In this document: positions 1-7,623 of the stretch, piece by piece
How positions within the stretch are numbered: the first letter of the stretch is position 1
Layout: every line of letters begins with the position of its first letter
Assembly (NCBI RefSeq): GCF_001017655.1
Contig: NZ_CP010904.1
Span: 2,880,001 to 2,912,000, forward strand
Length of the DNA: 32,000 bases
Direction of reading: 5' to 3'
Source of the DNA: Kiritimatiella glycovorans
GTDB lineage: Bacteria; Verrucomicrobiota; Kiritimatiellia; Kiritimatiellales; Kiritimatiellaceae
Notes under the pieces: generated by a model
What the model saw: only the letters and a program-made list of their open reading frames with translations
The model's database searches: none
What the model was told of the DNA's origin: nothing
Program-made: the position numbers and the translations under genes

Positions 1-31
1 CACCTCCCGACGGCGCGGCCCGCGCCTCGGG

Positions 32-499
32 GTGTGGCTGCTGCTCTTTCTCTTGGTCGCCGTGGTCTGGATCGGGTTCCGGCGGCCGGAATGGATCGAG
101 CCGGGGCGCCGCGCGTTCGTGGCGACGTACCGCTGGGCGCGCGAGGCCGTCAACCCCGTGCCGGAGGTTTCCGGGGAGGATCCCGTCGCGCCCGAACCCG
201 CGTCCTCCGCAGACCGGGCGGAGCCTGATGACCGCGCCGCGGGATCGCGGCGCGCGGAGATTCAGGACAGACTCAACCGGAAGTATCCCCCGCTGGTACC
301 CGGGGAATCGGCCACTTTTGAACTGGACGACGGCACCACGTTCCGCGGCGAGTTTCGAGGATTGGAAGGCGATCAGGCCGTGATCAAACGCGAGGACGGC
401 CGCCTCGTGCGGGGGCCGCTGAACCGTCTCTCCCGCGAAACCCGCCTGCGCTGCGACCCGCAGGCGCGGGCGCAATGGGTGGAGGAGAGGGTTCGTTGA
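32..499 (+). CDS. hypothetical membrane-anchored protein; GTG start in the track, and the frame stays open to the window edge, so it may be 5'-partial
   Basis: 155-aa ORF. Hydrophobic N-terminus WLLLFLLVAVVWIGF, then a Pro/Asp/Glu-rich linker and a small C-terminal domain. No family motif recognised. Confidence 0.4.
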   Translation: MWLLLFLLVAVVWIGFRRPEWIEPGRRAFVATYRWAREAVNPVPEVSGEDPVAPEPASSADRAEPDDRAAGSRRAEIQDRLNRKYPPLVPGESATFELDDGTTFRGEFRGLEGDQAVIKREDGRLVRGPLNRLSRETRLRCDPQARAQWVEERVR

Positions 500-538
500 G
501 CCGGGAACCTGAAGGCTGAGTATCCTGACGGGATAGAC

Positions 539-681
539 CATGAAGGCCATGAAGGTTGGTTCGGGGGAGGAGGAATCAGAGTCGGGATCGGGATTTGTAC
601 TCGTACGCGTACGTTGGGATGCGGGCGGATTTCGGGTCCGGCCAGATCTTACTCAGGTCTCAGGTTTCAGCCCTCCCACTC
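539..681. repeat. mosaic intergenic repeat, copy B
   Basis: CATGAAGG..CATGAAGGTTGGTT module also occurs at 28937-28970. GTACTCGTACGCGTACG hexamers at 597-613. The 79-bp stretch 603-681 matches 2247-2325 with 2 mismatches by eye. Confidence 0.75.
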
Positions 682-716
682 ATGATATACAGTCTTCACC
701 CGCAAGGGTTTCGGCT

Positions 717-1946
717 CTACTGCCAGAGGCATGATACAGGCACGGCCCTGAGATTTGCTCCGAACGGAATGATCTCACGACCCGTATACAGAAGGACTCC
801 GCCGGTGAACCTCGCCCCGGCGTCCTGCGCCAGGGAATTCAGACCGCGGAAATCGTTCCGCTTAAGTGTTTGCGCAAGCTTCACCTCCACGCCGCAGATC
901 CGCCCTCCACTCTCGAGCACGAAATCCACTTCGGCACCGCCGCCGGTTCTATAATGGAGGAGTGCAGGCCGGTTCCGGCTCCACTCGATCTGCTTGATGA
1001 GTTCGCCGCCGACGAAGGTCTCAATGAATCGTCCGGCCAGGGTGGGATCACTCATCCATGAGGTCTCCGAAGCATTGAGGAGGTGCGTCATGAGACCGGT
1101 GTCGCCGAGCATCAGTTTCGGGGATTTGACGAGACGCTTCCCGAGGTTTGCGGCCCATGGCGGAATCCGATGGATCAGGAACGTGGTTTCAAAGAGCGAC
1201 AAATAACGCTGGAGCGTTGAGTACGGCACGACCGCGTTGCGTGATACCTCGGCAGCATTGAGCAAAGATCCGGATCGTGCCGCCAGCAGCGCCATGAGTC
1301 CGGGGGCCTGGGTGAGGCCTTCAATATGGGAGAGATCGCGAATATCCCTCTGCAGAACGGTGGTCAGATACGAGGCAAACCAGCTTCGCCGCCGGTCATC
1401 CGCCCTTCGAAGGGCTTCCGGATATCCGCCCCTGCTCACGCGCGCCGCCAGGTCCGCCCGACACACGGGCGCGGCGGGCTCGCAGGACGGTTTACCGCTC
1501 ATCAGGCGCTCTACGAATCCATCGCGGCGTTTTTCCTGTTCGCCCTGGGAAAAGGGACGCAGGGTGATGATCTCCATGCGCCCGGCCAGAGATTCCGAGA
1601 GCTTGGGCAACATCAGCACGTTGGCGGATCCCGTGAGAAGAAAACGCCCGGGCCGCCGATCTCGGTCCACACAGAGTTTGATGGCGGGGAAGACCTCCGG
1701 CGCCTTCTGCACTTCATCAAGAACCACCATGCCCTCAAGGCCCTCGATGAACCCCTGGGGATCATTGGCCACCGCCGCCATGACGCCTGCATCATCGAAT
1801 GTCAAATAAGTCGATCTTCCGGAGACCTCTTTCGCCAGCGCACGCACCAGCGTGGTCTTTCCCGTCTGCCGCGCCCCGTTAATCAATACCACCGGGGTGT
1901 CGGACAGGGCTGCCTTAACTCGATCTTCAATATTTCTTCTTATCAT
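717..1946 (-). CDS. AAA+ ATPase, DUF4143-type ATP-binding protein
   Basis: 409 aa. Walker A GARQTGKTT, Walker B-like VVLDEVQ. Overall architecture matches the widespread AAA_14/DUF4143 ATPases. Confidence 0.85.
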   Translation of the reverse strand: MIRRNIEDRVKAALSDTPVVLINGARQTGKTTLVRALAKEVSGRSTYLTFDDAGVMAAVANDPQGFIEGLEGMVVLDEVQKAPEVFPAIKLCVDRDRRPGRFLLTGSANVLMLPKLSESLAGRMEIITLRPFSQGEQEKRRDGFVERLMSGKPSCEPAAPVCRADLAARVSRGGYPEALRRADDRRRSWFASYLTTVLQRDIRDLSHIEGLTQAPGLMALLAARSGSLLNAAEVSRNAVVPYSTLQRYLSLFETTFLIHRIPPWAANLGKRLVKSPKLMLGDTGLMTHLLNASETSWMSDPTLAGRFIETFVGGELIKQIEWSRNRPALLHYRTGGGAEVDFVLESGGRICGVEVKLAQTLKRNDFRGLNSLAQDAGARFTGGVLLYTGREIIPFGANLRAVPVSCLWQ

Positions 1947-2001
1947 GGTTAAAATATAACTACATCATGGTGAATATGCAAGGTAATGTTGGATCTGCCC
2001 T

Positions 2002-2101
2002 GCTCGGAGCGCCGCAAGCGCCCGAAGGGCCAAGGCGCGTGAAAGATAACGGCCCTTGTCCGCTGCGCGGACCTGCGGGCCTACTACGAGCGTAAGAGAG
2101 A
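2002..2101. repeat. structured repeat motif M2, copy 1 (candidate ncRNA or REP-like element, strand unknown)
   Basis: Shares the cores AGGCGCGTGAAAGATAACGGCCC and CCTGCGGGCCTACTACGA.CGTAAGAGAGA with 29236-29342. The two intervening hairpins differ in sequence but both still pair. Confidence 0.6.
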
Positions 2102-2174
2102 CCACGGATTACCGATAATACGGATGGGGTCTCGAAATCCGAATCGAAGTCGGGATTCACAGAGAACATGATTC

Positions 2175-2325
2175 GTACTCCTACTCGTACTCGTACGCGT
2201 ACGCGTACTCGGAGCGCCGCAGGCGCGATTTTTTCCGGGAACCTGAGTACGCGTACGTTGGGATGCGAGCGGATTTCGGGTCCGGCCAGGTCTTACTCAG
2301 GTCTCAGGTTTCAGCCCTCCCACTC
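2175..2325. repeat. mosaic intergenic repeat, copy A (hexamer array, long palindrome, T module)
   Basis: Six tandem hexamers GTACTC/CTACTC/GTACGC at 2175-2210. Arm CGTACGCGTACTC (2198-2210) is the reverse complement of GAGTACGCGTACG (2245-2257), and the two arms flank the inner hairpin GCGCC-GCA-GGCGC. 2247-2325 repeats 603-681. Confidence 0.8.
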
Positions 2326-2340
2326 CTACACCCACTCCTC

Positions 2341-2482
2341 AGCGATTCTCATTATGGCTTCACCCTTTTCGGTCGGGGTGGCACCCGACCCTCCCAGTGC
2401 CCGAAAATGCGTCGGATATCGACTCGGGAGGGACGGCTGCCACGCCGTCCGCGGTCGGAATGCGGCCATAATGAGAACTGCT
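2341..2482. mobile_element. 142-bp MITE-like element, copy 1
   Basis: Terminal inverted repeats AGCGATTCTCATTATGGC / GCCATAATGAGAACTGCT. Flanked by the direct repeat CCCACTCCTC (2331-2340 and 2484-2493). Near-identical copy at 18874-19015. No ORF fits inside. Confidence 0.75.
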
Positions 2483-2501
2483 GCCCACTCCTCACTCGCA
2501 A

Positions 2502-2530
2502 TTGACACGCTCCCCCCCTGACCCTATATT
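2502..2530 (+). promoter_or_regulatory. sigma70-like promoter for thrS
   Basis: TTGACA (2502-2507), exact 17-nt spacer, TATATT (2525-2530), about 50 nt upstream of the thrS ATG. Confidence 0.5.
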
Positions 2531-2580
2531 GATGCCCCTGTTTGATTTCTCGCAGCCGAGGATAGTAGAATCAGAGCCTG

Positions 2581-4317
2581 ATGAGTCGGGAGCCGCATGA
2601 AAAACTGGAGGTCGTACGACACAGCGCCGCGCATGTGATGGCCGCTGCCGTGTGCCGTCTGTACGACGAAGTGCGTTTCGACATCGGACCCGCGACCGAA
2701 CAGGGATTCTACTACGATTTCGATCTCCCGGAACGCATCACCTCCGACGACTTTCCGCGGATCGAAGAAGAGATGCGTAAGATCGTGGGTGAGGACCACC
2801 CCTTCGAGCGCGTGGAGATGTCGCGGGAAGAAGCGGTCGAATGGCTCGAACAGCGCAACCAGACCTATAAGCTTGAACGCCTCGCCGAAATCCCGGAAGG
2901 CGAGACGATCACCTTCTACCGCACCGGCGATTTCATGGACCTCTGCCGGGGACCGCACGTCGAGTCCACCGGAAAAATAAGCGCCTTCAAACTGCTCAGC
3001 GTAGCGGGTTCCTATTTTCACGGCATCGAGACGAACCCGATGCTGCAGCGCGTCTACGGTACCGCCTTCACGAACCCCAAAGAGCTGCGCAAACACCTGC
3101 AGCAGCTCGAGGAGGCGCGCAAACGGGATCATCGCCGGCTCGGCCGCGATCTCGATCTGTTCAGCATCCGGGAGGACGTCGGTCCGGGCCTGGTGCACTG
3201 GCATCCCCGCGGCGCGCGCATCCGGGTGCTGATCGAGAACTTCTGGCGCGACGAGCATTTCCGCAACGGCTACGAGTTGCTCTTTACCCCGCACATCGGC
3301 AAGGCCAACCTCTGGGAGACTTCGGGACACCTCGGATTCTACCACGAGAGCATGTACGCGCCGATGGAGATCGACGGGCAGGAATACTATATCAAGCCGA
3401 TGAACTGCCCCTTTCACATCGCGGTCTACTCCTCGCAGACGCGCTCCTACCGCGACCTGCCGCTGCGCTGGGCCGAGCTGGGGACCGTGTACCGGTACGA
3501 GAAGGCCGGCGCGCTGCACGGCCTGCTGCGGGTGCGCGGATTCACACAGGACGACGCGCACATCTTCTGCACCCCCGACCAGGTCGAGGACGAAATCCGC
3601 GAGGTGCTCCGGTTCTCCACGGCCATCTGGAAGACCTTCGGTTTCGAGGATATCCGGGCCTATCTCTCCACGCGTCCGGAAAAGGCCGTCGGCGATCCCG
3701 CGCGCTGGGAGCAGTCCACCGCCGCGCTCGAGCGCGCGGTCGAGGCCGAGGAGCTTCCCGTGGAGCGCGACGAGGGCGGAGGGGCCTTCTACGGACCCAA
3801 GATCGATCTCAAGGTGCGCGATGCGATCGGACGCGAGTGGCAGATGAGTACCATCCAGTTCGACCTCAATCTGCCCGAACGATTCGACATTAATTTCGTA
3901 GGCTCCGACGGGCGCGAACACCGGCCCTACATGATCCATCGCGCCCTGTTCGGCAGCCTGGAACGCTTTTTCGGCATCCTGACCGAACACTACGGCGGGG
4001 CGTTTCCCGTCTGGCTGGCTCCCGAGCAGGCCAGGATCCTTCCGATCACCGACCGCCAGCTCCCGTACGCGAACGAAGTCGCGGCGGCCTTCCGCCGCGA
4101 GGACGTGCGGGTGACCGTCGATGCCCAGCAGGAGAAGATGGGGGCGAAAATACGGCGCGCCCAGCTCGGGAAAGTGCCGTATATGCTCGTGGTCGGCGAG
4201 CAGGAAGAGGAGGCCGGCGCCGTGGCCGTCCGCAGCCGGTCCGGGGGGCGCGAGGGCCAGGTGCCCTGGCGCGACTGCCTGGACAGGATACGCGCAGAGG
4301 CCGCTGAACGCCGGTAA
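2581..4317 (+). CDS. thrS: threonine--tRNA ligase (no N-terminal TGS domain)
   Basis: 578 aa. Begins directly at the editing-domain motif RHSAAHVMA. Class II core and anticodon-binding domain are recognisable. In-frame TAG at 2566-2568 rules out an N-terminal extension. Confidence 0.95.
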   Translation: MSREPHEKLEVVRHSAAHVMAAAVCRLYDEVRFDIGPATEQGFYYDFDLPERITSDDFPRIEEEMRKIVGEDHPFERVEMSREEAVEWLEQRNQTYKLERLAEIPEGETITFYRTGDFMDLCRGPHVESTGKISAFKLLSVAGSYFHGIETNPMLQRVYGTAFTNPKELRKHLQQLEEARKRDHRRLGRDLDLFSIREDVGPGLVHWHPRGARIRVLIENFWRDEHFRNGYELLFTPHIGKANLWETSGHLGFYHESMYAPMEIDGQEYYIKPMNCPFHIAVYSSQTRSYRDLPLRWAELGTVYRYEKAGALHGLLRVRGFTQDDAHIFCTPDQVEDEIREVLRFSTAIWKTFGFEDIRAYLSTRPEKAVGDPARWEQSTAALERAVEAEELPVERDEGGGAFYGPKIDLKVRDAIGREWQMSTIQFDLNLPERFDINFVGSDGREHRPYMIHRALFGSLERFFGILTEHYGGAFPVWLAPEQARILPITDRQLPYANEVAAAFRREDVRVTVDAQQEKMGAKIRRAQLGKVPYMLVVGEQEEEAGAVAVRSRSGGREGQVPWRDCLDRIRAEAAERR

Positions 4318-4343
4318 CGGAACCAGGAACCAGGAGGACGAAG

Positions 4344-4928
4344 ATTAGCCCGAAACCTCAGAGTCGAAAAAACCAGCGGGAACGCCCGCCGCGCATGAAT
4401 CGTAATATCCGCGTGCCGGAAGTCCGGCTCACGGGGGTCAAAGGGGAACAGATCGGGGTGGTCCAGACACGGCAGGCCCAGCGCATGGCCGACGACGCCG
4501 GGCTGGATCTCGTGGAGATCGCCCCCACCGCCCGCCCGCCGGTGTGCCGGATCATGGATTACGGCAAGTATAAATACGAGCAGGACAAGAAGCGCAAAGA
4601 GGCGAAGAAGAGCCAGTCGCAGACCAAGGTCAAGGAGGTCAAGTTCCACGTGAACGTCGGGGATCACGACTACGAGACCAAACTGCGGCACGCGCGCGAG
4701 TTCATCGAGGACGGCAATCGCGTCAAGGGCTCGCTCTATTTCCGCGGGCGCGAAAACGCGCACCGCGATCTCGGCTTCGACGTGATGAACCGCTTCGTGG
4801 AGGATCTCAGCGACATCGGTACGCCGGAACAGAAACCGAGGCTGATGGGACGCCAGATTATCACGCTTATCGTCCCCGCCAAAAAGAAGGGCGGCGGAAA
4901 GGGCAGGGAGTCCGGAAAAGGGGAGTAG
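4344..4928 (+). CDS. infC: translation initiation factor IF-3, predicted ATT start
   Basis: IF-3 sequence (VRLTG..GEQIGVV, PPVCRIMDYGKYKYE). AGGAGG at 4332-4337 lies 6 nt before an in-frame ATT at 4344, with no stop between it and the ATG at 4395. The extension ISPKPQSRKNQRERPPR resembles the basic N-terminal tail of IF-3. Confidence 0.85.
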   Translation: MSPKPQSRKNQRERPPRMNRNIRVPEVRLTGVKGEQIGVVQTRQAQRMADDAGLDLVEIAPTARPPVCRIMDYGKYKYEQDKKRKEAKKSQSQTKVKEVKFHVNVGDHDYETKLRHAREFIEDGNRVKGSLYFRGRENAHRDLGFDVMNRFVEDLSDIGTPEQKPRLMGRQIITLIVPAKKKGGGKGRESGKGE

Positions 4929-4931
4929 CAC

Positions 4932-5714
4932 ATGAATATCGTCGTCTGCATCAAGCAGGTGCCGGATACGGACAAGGTCACCATCGACCGCGAAACAAAC
5001 CGGCTCAACCGCGCCGGCGTACCCAGCATTATCAATCCGTTCGATGAAAACGCGCTGGAGATGGCGGTCGGGCTCAAGGAGAAGTACGGGGGCAAGGTGA
5101 CCGTCCTCACCATGGGTCCCCCGCAGGCGGAATCGGCGCTGCGCGACGCGCTGGCCGTGGGCGCGGACGAGGCCGTGCTTCTGACCGACAAGAAATTCGC
5201 GGGCGCGGATACCTGGGCCACCTCCTACACCCTCAGCGGCGCGATCCGTAAGTTCGAGGCCTTCGACCTGCTGCTCTTCGGCAAACAGGCGGTCGACGGC
5301 GACACCGCGCAGGTCGGCCCCGGCGTGGCCCGGTACCTCGACCTGCCCATGGTGACCTACGCGCGCGAGATCGAGGCGGACGACGGCACCTTCCGGGTCA
5401 AACAGGTTACGGAAGACGGATACGACGTGTGGGACGTCCCCGCCCCTGCCGCCTGTACGGTGGTCAAGGAGGCCAACACGCCGCGCATGCCCTCGCTCAA
5501 ACTGAAAATGCGCGCCAAGAAGGCGGACATCCCCGTGTGGTCGGCCGACGACCTCGAAGCCGATTCGGAAAAGATGGGGCTCAAGGGATCGCCCACCAAG
5601 GTGGTGAAGATCTTCCGTCCGCCGGTGAAGATGAACAAGGAGAAGCTGGAGGGCGAACCCTCCGAGATGGCGACGAAACTCATTCACCGCCTGAAAGAGA
5701 GGAAGCTGCTATGA
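4932..5714 (+). CDS. etfB: electron transfer flavoprotein, beta subunit
   Basis: 260 aa. MNIVVCIKQVPD N-terminus typical of EtfB. Its stop overlaps the etfA start (ATGA). Confidence 0.9.
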   Translation: MNIVVCIKQVPDTDKVTIDRETNRLNRAGVPSIINPFDENALEMAVGLKEKYGGKVTVLTMGPPQAESALRDALAVGADEAVLLTDKKFAGADTWATSYTLSGAIRKFEAFDLLLFGKQAVDGDTAQVGPGVARYLDLPMVTYAREIEADDGTFRVKQVTEDGYDVWDVPAPAACTVVKEANTPRMPSLKLKMRAKKADIPVWSADDLEADSEKMGLKGSPTKVVKIFRPPVKMNKEKLEGEPSEMATKLIHRLKERKLL

Positions 5715-6715
5715 GCGCGGAAATCTGGGTCTTTGCCGAACAGCGGCGCGGGGCACTCGCGCCCGTAGCGCTTGAACTGCTCACCGAAGGACGCGTCCTC
5801 GCCGAAAAATCGGGCTACACCCTGTGCGCGGTGCTCCTCTCCGCAGGCGACGACGACATCCCGCAGGAGCTGTTCCGGTACGGGGCGGAAAAGGTCTACC
5901 GCCTGGCCGATCCGGCGCTGGCGGAGTTCAACAACGACCTCTATGCCCCGGCGCTCTGGAATCTCATCGAGAAGGAAATGCCGGAGATCGTGCTCTACGG
6001 CGCCACCGCCGTGGGCCGTACTCTCGCGCCCACGGTCGCCGTGATGGGCTACGCCGGGCTGACGGCCGACTGTACGGAACTGGATTTCGACACCGAAAAG
6101 AACATCCTGCTCCAGACGCGGCCGGCGTTCGGCGGCAATATCATGGCCACCATCACGTGCGAGAACCATCGCCCGCAGATGGCGACGGTACGCGCGAACG
6201 TGTTTAAGAAGGAGCCGCTGGAAAATCCGGCCGGGGACGAGGTGGTGGAGGTGCCCGTCGATACGGGGGGGCACGGCGACCGGATGAAGAGGGTCGAGTC
6301 GGTTCAGGAGGTGGCCGAAGATGTCGACCTCAATGCCGCCCAGTTCATCGTCTCCGGCGGACGCGGGGTCGGCAAACCGGAGAACTTCAAGATCATTCAC
6401 GAACTGGCCGAGGAACTGGAAGGCGCCGTGGGCGCGTCGCGCGCGACGGTCGACGCCGGCTGGATCTCGCACCACCACCAGGTCGGACAGACCGGCAAGA
6501 CGGTCTGCCCCGTCGTGTACATCGCCTGCGGTATCTCCGGCGCGATCCAGCACCTGGCGGGCATGCAGAGTTCGGACGTGATCATCGCGATCAACAAGGA
6601 TCCGAACGCGCCGATCTTCGACGTGGCCGACTTCGGCCTGGTCGGCGATCTGCACGAGATTGTTCCGGAGTTCACCCGCCAGATACGCGAGATCAAGGGC
6701 CGCTCCGGGAACTGA
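5711..6715 (+). CDS. etfA: electron transfer flavoprotein, alpha subunit
   Basis: Start moved from the track's 5429 to ATG 5711 (MSAEIWVFAEQ). C-terminal FAD-binding signature YIACGISGAIQHLAGM. Confidence 0.9.
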   Translation: MSAEIWVFAEQRRGALAPVALELLTEGRVLAEKSGYTLCAVLLSAGDDDIPQELFRYGAEKVYRLADPALAEFNNDLYAPALWNLIEKEMPEIVLYGATAVGRTLAPTVAVMGYAGLTADCTELDFDTEKNILLQTRPAFGGNIMATITCENHRPQMATVRANVFKKEPLENPAGDEVVEVPVDTGGHGDRMKRVESVQEVAEDVDLNAAQFIVSGGRGVGKPENFKIIHELAEELEGAVGASRATVDAGWISHHHQVGQTGKTVCPVVYIACGISGAIQHLAGMQSSDVIIAINKDPNAPIFDVADFGLVGDLHEIVPEFTRQIREIKGRSGN

Positions 6716-6719
6716 ACCC

Positions 6720-7559
6720 ATGTCCGCAGGACCCACCAGGCGCCGGATGCTCGCAGGGGCGGCGGCACTCGCACTGAGCATGCCCGGCGCCGTCCGCGCG
6801 GTCCGCCGTTGTGTGCTGGATCCCTGTCTCGGCGCCGTGCTGATGGACGCCGCCGACGGCGCCCTGCTGTACGAGAAGAGGGCGCGCCTGCGCGGCCGCC
6901 CCGCCAGCCTCACCAAGATGATGACCCTGCTGGTGGTGCTCGAGGCCGTCCGGCGCGGAGAGGCCTCGCTGGAGGACGAGGTCGCCGTCACGGCCGAAGC
7001 GGCCGGCATCGGCGGGTCGCAGGTCTATCTCGCGGAAGGCGAGCGGTTCCGGCTCGACGACATGCTCTACGCGCTGATGGTCAAGTCGGCGAACGACGTC
7101 GCCCGCGCGCTGGCCCTTCACTTCGCCTCCACGCGCGAGGCGTTCGTCGCGCGCATGAACGCGCGAGCGGGCGAACTGGGCCTCGCCGGCACGGAGTTCC
7201 ACACCGAACACGGCCTACCTCCGGGCCGCGGGCAGGAGCCGGACGTCAGTACGGCCCTCGACATGGCCCGGCTCGCGCGGGAACTGGTGAAACACCCGGA
7301 CACGCTGCGATACACCTCGACCGAAGCACGCGGATTCCGCAACGGCGAATTCATGCTCCGCTCCCACAACCCGCTGCTCGGATCGTATGAGGGATGCGAC
7401 GGGCTCAAGACGGGCTACACCTGGATCGCGGGCTGGTCGATCGCCGCCACGGCGGAGCGCGACGGCCGGCGCCTCATCGCCGTCGTCCTCGGCAGCCCCC
7501 GGCGCGAAACCCGCAACCGCGAAGCGCGCCGCCTCCTCGATCTCGGGTTCGGCGCGTAG
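6720..7559 (+). CDS. D-alanyl-D-alanine carboxypeptidase (S11 family, low-molecular-weight PBP)
   Basis: Signal-like N-terminus from ATG 6720 (RRRMLAGAAALALSMPGAVRA). SxxK (SLTK), SxN (SAN) and KTG motifs are present. Confidence 0.85.
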   Translation: MSAGPTRRRMLAGAAALALSMPGAVRAVRRCVLDPCLGAVLMDAADGALLYEKRARLRGRPASLTKMMTLLVVLEAVRRGEASLEDEVAVTAEAAGIGGSQVYLAEGERFRLDDMLYALMVKSANDVARALALHFASTREAFVARMNARAGELGLAGTEFHTEHGLPPGRGQEPDVSTALDMARLARELVKHPDTLRYTSTEARGFRNGEFMLRSHNPLLGSYEGCDGLKTGYTWIAGWSIAATAERDGRRLIAVVLGSPRRETRNREARRLLDLGFGA

Positions 7560-7578
7560 ACGGGAAACATCCGGGGAA

Positions 7579-7609
7579 AGTAGAGATCGCGGAGAGCACG
7601 ATTCTTACT
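7579..7609. terminator. weak imperfect hairpin between convergent genes
   Basis: AGTAGAGATCG..8 nt..CGATTCTTACT gives about 11 bp with G-U pairs and one mismatch. No clear U-tract. Confidence 0.2.
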
Positions 7610-7623
7610 CCGGCGCTTCCTCC

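Noticed and set aside
717-1946. Idea that the AAA+ ATPase together with the reverse transcriptase forms a retron, DRT or AbiA-like defence system.
   Set aside because: The two genes are about 28 kb apart. The RT carries a maturase X domain and is followed by a canonical group II intron domain V, so it is an intron-encoded protein and not a defence RT. I saw nothing else defence-related next to the ATPase.
2175-2210. Possible CRISPR array or other repeat-spacer structure at the hexamer arrays and recurring modules.
   Set aside because: The units are 6 bp and directly tandem, with no spacers. The larger modules recur kilobases apart in mixed orientation. No cas genes are present.
2168-2521. 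Short ORFs across the repeat regions, for example MIRTPTRTRTRTRTRS.. here, plus 540-734, 18677-19663 and 28826-29074.
   Set aside because: The peptides are read-throughs of the GTACTC/GTACGC hexamer arrays, the MITE and the palindromes. The same DNA is open in several frames and on both strands. Copies occur in both orientations, so conservation is at the DNA level and not the protein level.
5429-6715. N-terminal extensions offered by the ORF track: etfA from 5429, the PBP from 6660, the TPR protein from 14495, the exosortase from 16278, AraC from 17716 and the XylR-like gene from 24889.
   Set aside because: The extensions overlap upstream genes or lack any homology signal. Internal ATG starts with an SD sequence, coupling overlaps or signal peptides fit the known family N-termini better.
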